DNA of 64,000 bases from Candidatus Borrarchaeum weybense (GTDB lineage: Archaea; Asgardarchaeota; Sifarchaeia; Borrarchaeales; Borrarchaeaceae), in the NCBI GenBank assembly GCA_019057385.1, contig JAHQJS010000004.1, positions 96,001 through 160,000 of the forward strand, given 5' to 3'. This document shows positions 1 to 9,916 of this stretch, piece after piece. A program made the position numbers and the translations under genes. Below the pieces are notes generated by a model, which saw only the letters and a list, made by a program, of their open reading frames with translations, ran no database searches and was not told the DNA's origin. Within the stretch, counting starts at the first letter, position 1. Each line of letters begins with the position of its first letter.

Positions 1-348
1 GTTGATTCCAGAAACTTCGAAATTCTTGAAAATGTCCTGAAAAAAACTCTTAAAACATCGTTTGAACGTGTTAAAGTCAGACCTTTTGAATTAAAAGAAA
101 TTGCGGATAAAAGCTCAAAAAGTTGGAAAAAAGTTGTTTTTGTTACTCCTAGGGAAATTAGCGGTATTGAAGGAGTGGATCGAATAACGGTCGAAGGCAA
201 GGATGTAGTCTTTGGTCTCAAAGACATTGCAAGTCGCCACGAGGTCAATCTGGAGAAAGTTGGCGCGTGGTCAATTATTGAAAATGACGAATTACTGTTA
301 TCGTTAGATGGTAGAGTAAAAAAGTTGTCCTTTTTGAATAAGGAATAA
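1..348 (+). CDS. Hypothetical protein, 3' fragment (runs off window start)
   Basis: Frame 1 is open from base 1 (VDSRNFEILENVLKK...) to TAA at 346-348. Confidence 0.65.
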   Translation, partial: VDSRNFEILENVLKKTLKTSFERVKVRPFELKEIADKSSKSWKKVVFVTPREISGIEGVDRITVEGKDVVFGLKDIASRHEVNLEKVGAWSIIENDELLLSLDGRVKKLSFLNKE

Positions 349-375
349 GTAGACGTACATCATTTTTAATTTAAT

Positions 376-1176
376 TTACATTATTAATTGAGTTGCAGTT
401 TTTCTTGCAAAAGTCAAATATCCCGTATGGTGAGATATAAATTTATTTGGACGTGTAGCACCTTCTTTTGTTTTAATTTCTCTAGAAAAGCATTCAAGTG
501 TCTGTATATCATGGAAATTTTCTTCATCAAGTTTGCTAACGGTTTTTTCTATTTGATTAAACGTTGGACTAAAAGAGACAAAATAACCCCCATCTTTAAG
601 AGCATGCTTTGCAGTTTGAACAACTAACCAAGGGGTATCAAGATCAATCACAACAGCATCGACGTTTTTTTCCACGATTCCTTCCATTACATCTTGATTA
701 TATTGAACAACACAATCATACACTTTTGCTTTTGCAATATTCTCACTTGAAATTTCAAAAAAATCTTCTCTTTTTTCATATGTGAATATTTTTCCATTTG
801 GACGAACATAATATGCCAAAACTGACGTCAGGGCACCGCTACCAGTTCCTGCTTCTACTACACGACTGCCAGGACCTATTCCTGTCATCATCAAAATGAG
901 TCCAATGTCTTTTGGATACAATACCTGAGTTGGACGCCGAAACTTATGAACATAATCAAAAGGAACAGGTTGGAAGATCCAGCATTGTTTATCTTTTGAG
1001 GTCATAATTGGAGAACCATAGGGCTTTCCAACCACATTTCCGATTTTGATAATTCCAATATGTGTATGAAACTCTTTGTTTTCCTCAACCTTTACAAGCC
1101 AACGTTTTTTCCTTCCATGCATTAGCAAAATGTAATCTCCCAGTTTTATTGTATTCTGTGACACATTTCTCACCAT
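376..1176 (-). CDS. trmI: tRNA (adenine57/58-N1)-methyltransferase TrmI/Trm61
   Basis: FHTHxG N-domain, RxTQVLYPKD, VEAGTGSG SAM motif, LDxxxPW, HTGYL; the ATG at 1176 is more plausible than the ORF-track start at 1230. Confidence 0.93.
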   Translation of the reverse strand: MVRNVSQNTIKLGDYILLMHGRKKRWLVKVEENKEFHTHIGIIKIGNVVGKPYGSPIMTSKDKQCWIFQPVPFDYVHKFRRPTQVLYPKDIGLILMMTGIGPGSRVVEAGTGSGALTSVLAYYVRPNGKIFTYEKREDFFEISSENIAKAKVYDCVVQYNQDVMEGIVEKNVDAVVIDLDTPWLVVQTAKHALKDGGYFVSFSPTFNQIEKTVSKLDEENFHDIQTLECFSREIKTKEGATRPNKFISHHTGYLTFARKTATQLIM

Positions 1177-1249
1177 ACTTAATTTATCGTTAAAAGGAAA
1201 TGGTTTTATTAAAAAATAAGAAAAAATCAAATATTATAAATCTAGATGA

Positions 1250-2287
1250 TCACTTAAGTCCGAGTTTATCGAAGATTTGATCATAAAATGGGTAAGCGTC
1301 TACAATCTCTGCTTCTTCCGGTTTTTCTATGCCCTTCGCTACGTTTTGGCGAAAACTAATCCATTTCTCAAATTCTTCACGTTCTGGTAATTGATATCCC
1401 CGCAACCGAATTGCTTCGACCATCGGCATTATGGACATACCAGGCTTTATTGGACCAAATAGTTGAATGTAGCGTCCTTTGATTAGAGAATTGATTGCAT
1501 CATCAGCACGAAGAACGAATTCCACCCAGACGGCATTCTTGTAAGATGTTTCAGCAAGCTTCCATGAATTTTTTGCCGAATTTAAATAACTCTTGATTTC
1601 CTGATCTAAAGATTCAGCTTGATATTCAAGTACTGTAGGTTCCGTAGATTCTGTTTGATACGACGATATAGTCTCAGGTATTCCTGAGATACTTTCTTTA
1701 GCAGGTATTTTCTGTTTTCCGAACCCTTCAGTGAAATAGTTCTTCTCACGAAGTAACAAAAATACAATTATAGCTTTCATAAAGATTAACCCGAACATGG
1801 GTAATGCAATAAGTGTATCTCCTGTTAGAATCACATATATCCCGGTAAGTCCAACAAGTCCAACGGTTTCTAGGATTCCGATAACTAGACCTGCTAAATA
1901 AGCGATTCTAAGTCTTCTACGAGTAAGCAATGACAATACAAGATCTATAACTCCTACAATTACGAGAATTAAGCCCCCCATAATTCCTCCTTCTGCTGCT
2001 AAAAAAATCATTGCTGTAGCGCCGTTTATGAGCATATACGCCGCAAAGAAGAAATACATCAGTATGATAACATTGATACTACGGGGTCTCCCTATTTGCG
2101 GGCTTCTTGCTGGTGTGCTTACGAATTTTCTTTCACTCTTCGGTACATCAAAATAATGCCCACATGATGGACACACTGAGTAATCATATTGCACAAAAGT
2201 CTTGCAGTTTGGGCACTGCTTCACACGTTTTTCTTCTGAAGTCTCATTTTCCATGTTTTTCGCCTCTACCGATGCAAAAATTTTCAT
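1250..2287 (-). CDS. Zinc-ribbon membrane protein with C-terminal HEPN-like domain
   Basis: CPNC..CPSCG ribbon, about 4 hydrophobic helices, C-terminal YLNSAKNSWKLAE...FRQNVAKG helical domain; start may be 2254. Confidence 0.6.
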   Translation of the reverse strand: MKIFASVEAKNMENETSEEKRVKQCPNCKTFVQYDYSVCPSCGHYFDVPKSERKFVSTPARSPQIGRPRSINVIILMYFFFAAYMLINGATAMIFLAAEGGIMGGLILVIVGVIDLVLSLLTRRRLRIAYLAGLVIGILETVGLVGLTGIYVILTGDTLIALPMFGLIFMKAIIVFLLLREKNYFTEGFGKQKIPAKESISGIPETISSYQTESTEPTVLEYQAESLDQEIKSYLNSAKNSWKLAETSYKNAVWVEFVLRADDAINSLIKGRYIQLFGPIKPGMSIMPMVEAIRLRGYQLPEREEFEKWISFRQNVAKGIEKPEEAEIVDAYPFYDQIFDKLGLK

Positions 2288-2360
2288 TTAGTGTAACAAA
2301 ATCAGATATTTAAGTATGTATTGTGAGTCAATTCAACTCTAAAGTTTTTCTCTTAACTTT

Positions 2361-4661
2361 TCATTCTGTATATTCAGAACTAGCGATCTCTCTAATTATT
2401 TCAGCTAATTTTGGACCAATTCCTTTAATTTCTTTTAAATGCTCTTCATCAGAAGTGAATATTCTCTCAATCGTTCCCAGTTCCCATAAAAGCCGTTTTG
2501 CTAACACTGTATCAACACCAGGAATACCTGCAATCACATTTTCTTGAATAGTTGTTATTTGTGGAGTTTCTCTTTTGGTATATGCCTTAATCTCACTTAT
2601 ACCTTTCTTCTTTTCTTCTTTTGAAATCAGTGAAAGAAGTTGAGCAGTTTCCTCTTCGTTTTTTGTCCATTGTATCGGCACGCCCAACGAAATAGAGATT
2701 GCCATCAATGCTCCACGAATAGCCTCAGGATGTAGTGCACGCTTACCGTATAGATCTTCGCCCTCTATAAGAAGTAAAGGCTTCTGGTATTTTGTCTTTA
2801 AATCAATTATCTGATCTAGAAGTCGACCATCAATTAGTGATTGAAGAAAGTCTGTGACTATTTTTCTTTCAACGCCAACTCGCGATGAGAGAATATAATC
2901 TGCAATTTGCAGTTGCTTGAAATGAATCTTAAATCCCATTTTGGAAAGGTTACGAAGAACTTGAGAGGCTCTTTCACGATTATCAACAATGATTTCAATT
3001 AATTCTTTCATTTCCTCTTCTCTTTTCTTCTTGTCCTCAGGAAAGAAAGAATCTAAGGTTTTATTTTTTTGTTTTTCTTTTTCCTCTTTTAGTGATTTTG
3101 AAACGCCCTTTATCTCATTAAGAAGTCGATTCATTTCTCGCTCCTTACTCTGAGCAACCCAATAGTATGCTTCATCGCGCGTGCCCTTTGCCATTAAGAC
3201 AATGACCTTTCCAGCGCTCTTTCTTGCCGTCCTGCCTCTTCTCTGAATATTTCTAATTTCACTTGGCACTGTATCATAAAAAATAACTAAATCACATTCT
3301 GCAATGTCAAGCCCCTCTTCTGCAACGCTTGTGGCGACAAGTACATTATATTCTCCGTGTTTGAATTTCTTTAAAATTTCTGCTTGCTCTTTTTGTGATA
3401 ACCCTTTCTCTCCTTTTCTTTTACTCTGTCCAACAAATCGTACTGCGTTTACTCCTTCAATTTCATCCAGCACTGAAGCTACTAGTTTCGCAGTTATACG
3501 AAATTGAGCAAAGACAAGGATTCGGGAGTTTTGCGATGTTTCAAGTTGCTCCTTAACTATTTTTTTTATTTCTTCAGCTTTTGGGTGATCTTGTCCCTTC
3601 GACAATAACTCTTTGATAAGAAAGATGGCTTTTCTAGTTCTATTATCGGCCATAAACTCCTTCAGTACCCTTGATCCACCCTTTCTCCGTATTTGCTTCT
3701 CAAGTTGTTCAATGTATTTGTTTAAAGCCTTTAGACCTTGAGTTTCTAACAATTCGATGGTGTAGGAGATTCTAATTGCATTTGCTACTAAGGCAATAGC
3801 GCCTAAAAACTGAGGGTCTACAATATCATCATCATCATGTAGTTGATTCTGTATTTCGGCTTGTAGACGGATTAAATCTGTTCGAGAAACTCTTCGTAAG
3901 TCATAAGTGTCTATAAACTCCATTTCTTTGAGTATTTTCAAATGTTCTTTAAGCACGCTTTCTAGAGTAGTTTTAATTTCTCCAAAACCTTTTGGAAGTG
4001 GTATTTTTTTCCACTCTATGCTTAATGGATGAATATATGGTTCGACATCTGGACTCTTATCAGTCCTTATTTCAACATTCTCTATATCCAGTACATTACA
4101 AATTTCTTCAATTTTTTCCTTTTCTGATCCTGGGCTTGCGGTAATTCCTAAAATAAGCGGGTTTTTTGCTTGTTCTCTGTATTTCTCTGCAATGAACGTG
4201 TAAGCATATTTTTTCACAGCTCTATGACATTCATCAAATATGAGTAATGATACATCTTTCAAAGTATATTTCCCTGAAATTAAATCGTTTTCAAGAACTT
4301 GCGGTGTCATAAAAGCAACGCGGCTTTTTTCCCATTGTTCTTTTCGTAATTCTGGCTTGGTAGTTCCCGTAAGAATTGTAAGATCTTCAGAAGCTAATGT
4401 CAAGAACTTTTGAAAACTGTCATAATGTTGGTTGACTAATGGACGAGTGGGGGCGAGAAAGACTACATGTGATTCAGGAAACTTTTCTAAACGATGTACT
4501 GCAAGCATTACTGCGATAACTGTCTTACCTAGGCCGGTTGGAAGTATTACAAGTGTATTTCCCTTAACACAACAACCAAAAATCATCTCCTGATAAAGCC
4601 TGCGCTCTATCATAGGTTTGAGGTATGGGTGATCTATAGTATTCTTTTGATGATTATTCAT
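2361..4661 (-). CDS. hef: Hef/FANCM-like DEAH helicase with C-terminal ERCC4 nuclease and HhH
   Basis: PTGLGKT, DECH, TASP, QRRGRTAR helicase motifs; VDNRE..DY..VERK ERCC4 motif; IPGV/IKGIG HhH repeats. Confidence 0.95.
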   Translation of the reverse strand: MNNHQKNTIDHPYLKPMIERRLYQEMIFGCCVKGNTLVILPTGLGKTVIAVMLAVHRLEKFPESHVVFLAPTRPLVNQHYDSFQKFLTLASEDLTILTGTTKPELRKEQWEKSRVAFMTPQVLENDLISGKYTLKDVSLLIFDECHRAVKKYAYTFIAEKYREQAKNPLILGITASPGSEKEKIEEICNVLDIENVEIRTDKSPDVEPYIHPLSIEWKKIPLPKGFGEIKTTLESVLKEHLKILKEMEFIDTYDLRRVSRTDLIRLQAEIQNQLHDDDDIVDPQFLGAIALVANAIRISYTIELLETQGLKALNKYIEQLEKQIRRKGGSRVLKEFMADNRTRKAIFLIKELLSKGQDHPKAEEIKKIVKEQLETSQNSRILVFAQFRITAKLVASVLDEIEGVNAVRFVGQSKRKGEKGLSQKEQAEILKKFKHGEYNVLVATSVAEEGLDIAECDLVIFYDTVPSEIRNIQRRGRTARKSAGKVIVLMAKGTRDEAYYWVAQSKEREMNRLLNEIKGVSKSLKEEKEKQKNKTLDSFFPEDKKKREEEMKELIEIIVDNRERASQVLRNLSKMGFKIHFKQLQIADYILSSRVGVERKIVTDFLQSLIDGRLLDQIIDLKTKYQKPLLLIEGEDLYGKRALHPEAIRGALMAISISLGVPIQWTKNEEETAQLLSLISKEEKKKGISEIKAYTKRETPQITTIQENVIAGIPGVDTVLAKRLLWELGTIERIFTSDEEHLKEIKGIGPKLAEIIREIASSEYTE

Positions 4662-4866
4662 GACGAAAACCTTGTCATTTCGCAGTGAATAGGTTTGTCA
4701 ATGTTTGGTTTCCTTGTGCCCTTTATTTTTATCAAAATTTGATTCACTTTATAAAAAGAATTTAGATTTCTAAATTAGATATCTATCTCTTAATTTTTTA
4801 TTAATTCTGTTCTCAGCTCTCAGAATTGTGATCAAAAGAAGAATATTATTTACATGGTACTTATTT

Positions 4867-4965
4867 TTACCTTCTTCTTGATCTTAGTAGCCAAATTAGT
4901 ATTAAAGCGACCAAAGATGCAAAAGCATAAAGTAATAATGGAGTTATGTTAAATACACTTTGCAA
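4867..4965 (-). CDS. Putative 32-aa single-pass membrane peptide (MQSVFNITPLLLYAFASLVALILIWLLRSRRR)
   Basis: TTG start about 8 nt after GTGAGG, 19-residue hydrophobic run followed by an RSRRR tail, TAA stop; below the ORF-track cutoff. Confidence 0.45.
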   Translation of the reverse strand: MQSVFNITPLLLYAFASLVALILIWLLRSRRR

Positions 4966-5103
4966 AACTCTGGCCTCACTCTAATTCGGTGGTATGTTAA
5001 TTACGTGAAATTGCTATTTGACGTAATTGATCACATTCTACTAAATTATAAACATAAAATATCTTGAGATCTTCTTGGCATAAAACTCATTTTAAAGAGA
5101 TAC

Positions 5104-6177
5104 TCATTCATCCATACTATTTTCCATTACAAGTTTATCTTCTTCTTCCTCAATATATTCTTCGACTTCCTCTTCGATTTCTCTAAGTTTGGTAATATTT
5201 ATTCCTTCTGTCAGTAGAAGAGGTAATCCTAATGCAAGCATATATATTGATTTTATAACTCTATCAGTTAAAGGCACATGCAGTGCTATACGGGGTGTGA
5301 TGCCAGCAATACTTAAAATGGCTACGAAGACTGCCTCGTATGTCCCTATATTTCCGGGAAGTAGCGGTACAGTGAAGGTTAAAAATCCTATTGATCCAGC
5401 AAGCATCGTAATTGAAAATGGTACATTCATGTTTAATCCTATTATAAGAATGTAAAGCATTGTAGTTTCAATAACCCAGATTACAAATGATAGAAGTGCC
5501 ATAAGAATCAGTTTAACAGGTTTTTTTGAGGCAATTTTGAAACCCGTTTTAAAGGAACTGTGTAGACGAAGTAAATTCTCGTATAATTCTTGTGATATTG
5601 GCTTAGCTAAGCGTGCAACTTTTTTGCCAAAAAAGAGTAGCACAAAAACTAATACAATAAGTCCAATGATCGCTGCTAATGCTAAAACAAGGATAATGAT
5701 TGCATTATCTGGAACGGAGCCTAACTGTAACGTTACAATGAGGCTGAAGCACGAAATGATCAATATTGCAATAAGATCAAAAATATGCTCAATTGCGATT
5801 GCCGCACTATTCGCTCCATACGAAATTCCCTCGTTTTTCTTTGCAGAGTAAAGACGCACCATTTCACCAATTCTTAAGGGTGTTATCCAGTTAACGAACC
5901 ACGCTGCATGCATAGTTTTCCATGTAAATTTTATACTCGTGTCAAATCCTGTTGTGGAGAGTAATTCTTTCCATCTGAATGATCGAAGGAAATAACTGAC
6001 AAACATAATCGCCAGATAAATGAGCACAAATATCAGCGGAAAACCTTTTAAAGCCTGATAATACTCCCTTGGATTGACGTAATATATTATCAACGCAAGA
6101 ACTATGACTGCGAACACTGAGAGGATGACAATCCGTTTTGTAAACTTCTTCATAACACTCATCTGAATAAAAATCAA
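5104..6177 (-). CDS. Lysylphosphatidylglycerol-synthase TM / UPF0104 flippase-like membrane protein
   Basis: RSFRW..LL, NWITPLRIGE..R, EHIFD, PGNIGTYE motifs; multiple TM helices. Confidence 0.85.
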   Translation of the reverse strand: MIFIQMSVMKKFTKRIVILSVFAVIVLALIIYYVNPREYYQALKGFPLIFVLIYLAIMFVSYFLRSFRWKELLSTTGFDTSIKFTWKTMHAAWFVNWITPLRIGEMVRLYSAKKNEGISYGANSAAIAIEHIFDLIAILIISCFSLIVTLQLGSVPDNAIIILVLALAAIIGLIVLVFVLLFFGKKVARLAKPISQELYENLLRLHSSFKTGFKIASKKPVKLILMALLSFVIWVIETTMLYILIIGLNMNVPFSITMLAGSIGFLTFTVPLLPGNIGTYEAVFVAILSIAGITPRIALHVPLTDRVIKSIYMLALGLPLLLTEGINITKLREIEEEVEEYIEEEEDKLVMENSMDE

Positions 6178-6361
6178 TTAATGGGCATCAGAGAATAGTA
6201 TCTCTTATTAATTTTTTTCTATGAATCTGAGTTACATTCAGACGATTCTTCTTAGTGTATCTATTTTTTCAAAATGGAAGAAAATTTAAGGCACCTTTAC
6301 GTTTTATCAAATAAGTGTCTATAAGAATCTAATTTATGCGTAGAGTAGGAGTACTGTTCTT

Positions 6362-7057
6362 ATGGGATTGACTACATGCATTAGTACCGCTAAAGAGGAA
6401 CTCAATGCAGCAACTACAAAATTGGAATCTGGAAACCTGGACTCAGGAGCACTATATCTTACTAATCTATTTAATACTCTCGAAAACTGCCTTAAAAAAG
6501 CAAAGTTGCTTGGTGATGATGATGAAAAAGAAGAACTTCTTATACGTGTAGATATCTTGGAGCTTTTGTTTAGCGGGTTTACATTGGCAGCAAAATTCGT
6601 TAATGATGAAGAGTTCAATGAATTCTTAATGAGTGAAGAATTAAAAGTTTCCAAAATTAAAAATTCATTTGAGAAAAGTGAATTTGAGACAGGGCAATTG
6701 TATTTAACAAAGCTTATGAAACAGATTTTTCAATTAATGCCCAAAGTAAAAAGTGCTTTGTATCTAGCACAAGAGAAAATAGCGAAAGGGGATTTACTAG
6801 AGGCGTTAGAAAATAAAAACCCACTGCCAGTGTTTAGCGACACCTTACCTTGCCCTCACTCATTCTGTAATTCATTAATGGATGTTGATATGAACATCCA
6901 TCGTTCAAAGCATGGCCAATACTCTCTAAGAATTAGTAAAGAGTGTTATTCTTGCGATTTTAAAGAAAACACAATAATTAGGGTCCCAAAACGAATTATA
7001 GAAGATTTTTATTACGAAAAAAGAAGTAGCAAGACATTAATTGATCTTTTAAGTTAA
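6362..7057 (+). CDS. Hypothetical helical protein with C-terminal Cys4 zinc site
   Basis: 231-aa ORF; CPHSFC...CYSC. Confidence 0.6.
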   Translation: MGLTTCISTAKEELNAATTKLESGNLDSGALYLTNLFNTLENCLKKAKLLGDDDEKEELLIRVDILELLFSGFTLAAKFVNDEEFNEFLMSEELKVSKIKNSFEKSEFETGQLYLTKLMKQIFQLMPKVKSALYLAQEKIAKGDLLEALENKNPLPVFSDTLPCPHSFCNSLMDVDMNIHRSKHGQYSLRISKECYSCDFKENTIIRVPKRIIEDFYYEKRSSKTLIDLLS

Positions 7058-8488
7058 ATGGATCATATGAAGGATCTTTGCTAACTCTACTGCCAAATTC
7101 TCTCGTTTAAAGATGTTTAAGAGAATTTCCTCATGAATTTTTAGTTGTACGATGGCAATTTTTTCGATATTAGACTGGATTCGTAAATCCTCTATTATTT
7201 TGTCTTTGTCAGTTGAATAGGTGAGCTGAAAGTTCGATTTAAGGTTTTTTGTCAATGAATCAATGTCTAGAATTTCGTTATTATATTCTACGATTAACTC
7301 AGTGCCTTCTTGGGAATGCTCTTGAAGAATAAGAATTAAACATTTGTCGAAACGTTCCAAACACTCTTCAATAACACTCTGCATCCTCTCAATGAAAGAA
7401 TTGCATGCTGTCTCGACATATCTCTTGATCGTTCTTTCGTTTTTATTGAAAGTGTCTAAAATTTTTGGAGACCACATATTCAGCAATGTTTCAATAAGCA
7501 AGTAAGGAAGCTGCTTTTCATCGCTTTGCAAAAAAAATTCTCTCATTAGTTCGTTTGCAAGTCTATTAAGCTCATCTAAAGACGTCTCGAACACATTGTC
7601 AAATAGTTTACTTTGGTATTGTTTTTCCAACGTAGGTGAGTATGTTGTAATAAGCATCGGAATCGTTCCTTCTATGCGTTTTAAAAATAGTTCCTCTTCT
7701 GCAACAACTTTCTGCCATATATCTGCATCTGTGTGCTCAATATATATTACGTCACCAAACGTTAGACGATCGAAAGTCGGTTCTTTTGGGTGTTCTGATA
7801 TCAGATTGGCGCCGCCGACATACGTCACGGCATTGACTTTTAGCCCCCTAAAAGGCGTATCTAACAATTCTACAGAAACATTTTCTTTGTGGTAAAGATA
7901 CCCTTCTCCCTCAATTCTGTCCAATTCAATAAATTTACTTGGTGGAAGATCAAAATATAGTTCTCCTATGACGTCTTCACCTTCTTGAGGCATAATGAAC
8001 GGAAATGATAAACCAGGTGGCCATATGCGTATAAAATCGTCCAATTTAGCACGCAGAAAATGGAATTCTTCTAAAACGTAATGCCTGGAACCTGGCAATC
8101 TTAAGAACGGATACTCTGAGTTTGTAAAGTCCCAGAACGCACTTAAAAATGTCCCGTAGGTAAAAAGATTCATCTCGGGAGATTCTAACAATATTAAATC
8201 GTCTTTAGTTACGTCTAGTACATTTTTTAGCGCCCTGCTTACAAGGATATATTCATTACTATCAAGAACTCTTGCGAAATCAGTCATTTCTTCAATTTCT
8301 GAAAAAATAGCATTATTTATCGAAACAACTCTTACTATAACGGATTTTTCATTATTAGGGTTTCTTAGAAGAACTAAGTTTTGTTCTTTGAGTCTTTCTT
8401 TTGTTTTTTCTCCAATAATGCCGAGCCGCGTAGCTTTTAACCAGTCTGGAAACCATTCTACTTTCAACTTGAGTGATACTTGAACCAC
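7049..8488 (-). CDS. Multidomain protein with central gamma-glutamylcyclotransferase (GGCT/AIG2-like) domain
   Basis: LFTYGTFL, VIGELY, LDRIEG..LY..ENV motifs; flanking domains uncertain. Confidence 0.7.
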   Translation of the reverse strand: MVQVSLKLKVEWFPDWLKATRLGIIGEKTKERLKEQNLVLLRNPNNEKSVIVRVVSINNAIFSEIEEMTDFARVLDSNEYILVSRALKNVLDVTKDDLILLESPEMNLFTYGTFLSAFWDFTNSEYPFLRLPGSRHYVLEEFHFLRAKLDDFIRIWPPGLSFPFIMPQEGEDVIGELYFDLPPSKFIELDRIEGEGYLYHKENVSVELLDTPFRGLKVNAVTYVGGANLISEHPKEPTFDRLTFGDVIYIEHTDADIWQKVVAEEELFLKRIEGTIPMLITTYSPTLEKQYQSKLFDNVFETSLDELNRLANELMREFFLQSDEKQLPYLLIETLLNMWSPKILDTFNKNERTIKRYVETACNSFIERMQSVIEECLERFDKCLILILQEHSQEGTELIVEYNNEILDIDSLTKNLKSNFQLTYSTDKDKIIEDLRIQSNIEKIAIVQLKIHEEILLNIFKRENLAVELAKILHMIHLT

Positions 8489-8541
8489 TCTCTTCCCTGT
8501 AACTTAAAACTGAGTTTTTCACAATAAAAAAAGATATTAGT

Positions 8542-8823
8542 CTATGATATCTGCGCAATCATCGTGGTTGTAGTTTTAATTGCTTTTAAAGCCCTTATTT
8601 TTTCAGAAATGACTCTCTTAATGGTTTCCATATCCGCGGCTTCTATCTTGGCGACTATGTCGTAGACCCCATACGCCAAGTAAGCCTCTTTTACTTCCTC
8701 GATATTTTTTAATGTTGTAACAACGCTCTCTTCAGCACCTATCTCAGTATTGATTAAAACAAAGGCTAATGCCACTCCATATTCCTCCTTATGGCCTGGA
8801 ATAACTTCTCCTTCTTTTTCCAT
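8542..8823 (-). CDS. Lrp/AsnC ligand-binding (RAM) domain protein
   Basis: AFVLINTEIG.E, EAYLAYGVYDIVAKIEA, TTTMI; no HTH. Confidence 0.9.
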   Translation of the reverse strand: MEKEGEVIPGHKEEYGVALAFVLINTEIGAEESVVTTLKNIEEVKEAYLAYGVYDIVAKIEAADMETIKRVISEKIRALKAIKTTTTMIAQIS

Positions 8824-8838
8824 AATTTAAACGAAAGA

Positions 8839-8873
8839 TAGTTAAAGTCATTCAAATAAAGTAGTTAAAGTCA
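8839..8873. promoter_or_regulatory. Direct repeat TAGTTAAAGTCA x2 upstream of the Lrp-domain gene
   Basis: 12-bp copies at 8839-8850 and 8862-8873 (23-bp period). Confidence 0.35.
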
Positions 8874-8930
8874 GTCACGTATTTAAAACTATATGGAAAA
8901 AACTGTAATCTGTTACATCTGAAACAAATC

Positions 8931-9803
8931 TTAGGTTGCTGCTCGTTTTTCTTTAGAAGTGAGAATCGAAAGTATTTTTTTAGTCACTTTTTCGAATTCT
9001 TTGGCGGTTGAACTATCGAGATAATTTAATACAAATGGTTTTCCTTCCCTTACAGAGCGAGAGACATTGGGATCAAACGGTAATTTTCCTAAGAAAGGTA
9101 CATCAAATTTATTTGCCATTTCTTCCCCAATACTCTCTCCAAATGGCTCGATCTCTTCCCCGCAGTGTGGGCATTTCATATAACTCATGTTTTCTATAAT
9201 GCCTAAAATCTCGACTTTGAGCAGTTTTCCAAAATTTATAGCTTTTTTTACATCCATTTCGCTGAGAGGGTCAGGCGCAGTGACTATAACTATTCCATCT
9301 AATGGCGTATCCTGTATGAATGTGAGAATCTCATCGCCAGTGCCTGGGGGACAATCAGCAATCAGTAGGTCACGCCTTCCCCAGTCCGTTGCTTGAAGAA
9401 TGCTATTGATATAACTCGTTTTCAGTGGTCCTCTCAGTACGATAGGATCCTCATCTTTGGCCATGTATGACATGGACATTACGGCTAATCTTGGGAAAAC
9501 CACGGCTGGATAGATCACGTTTTTCTCTTCATCCACTCGTGGTGCTACATTTGAAAGACCTAGAGCTTTTGGAACATTTGGTCCGTGAATGTCAACGTCT
9601 AGTAATGCGACATCCATACCATAAAATGCCACAAACGCAGCTGCCAAATTTACAGCCACTGTAGTCTTACCAACTCCTCCCTTGTTGCTGAGTATCGCAA
9701 TTTTGTGATCAACAAACTTTAATTTGTTTTTAATTTCTTCTTTGACCTTCTCAAAAGCGGATTCGAGTTGTTCTTCATTCTCTTTACTCATAGGAGTCAC
9801 CAA
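8931..9803 (-). CDS. apbC: Mrp/NBP35 family Fe-S cluster carrier ATPase
   Basis: KGGVGKTT, DVDIHGP, DCPPGTGD, ENMS..CPHC motifs. Confidence 0.93.
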   Translation of the reverse strand: MVTPMSKENEEQLESAFEKVKEEIKNKLKFVDHKIAILSNKGGVGKTTVAVNLAAAFVAFYGMDVALLDVDIHGPNVPKALGLSNVAPRVDEEKNVIYPAVVFPRLAVMSMSYMAKDEDPIVLRGPLKTSYINSILQATDWGRRDLLIADCPPGTGDEILTFIQDTPLDGIVIVTAPDPLSEMDVKKAINFGKLLKVEILGIIENMSYMKCPHCGEEIEPFGESIGEEMANKFDVPFLGKLPFDPNVSRSVREGKPFVLNYLDSSTAKEFEKVTKKILSILTSKEKRAAT

Positions 9804-9916
9804 TTAGCATCAATTCTTTTTTAGTATTGAGATGTATAGAATATTAAAATTCGCTTTCAACATGAAACCTTTTCATGGAAAACAATTTCTGTTTCACAAT
9901 CAGATATAACATGGGC

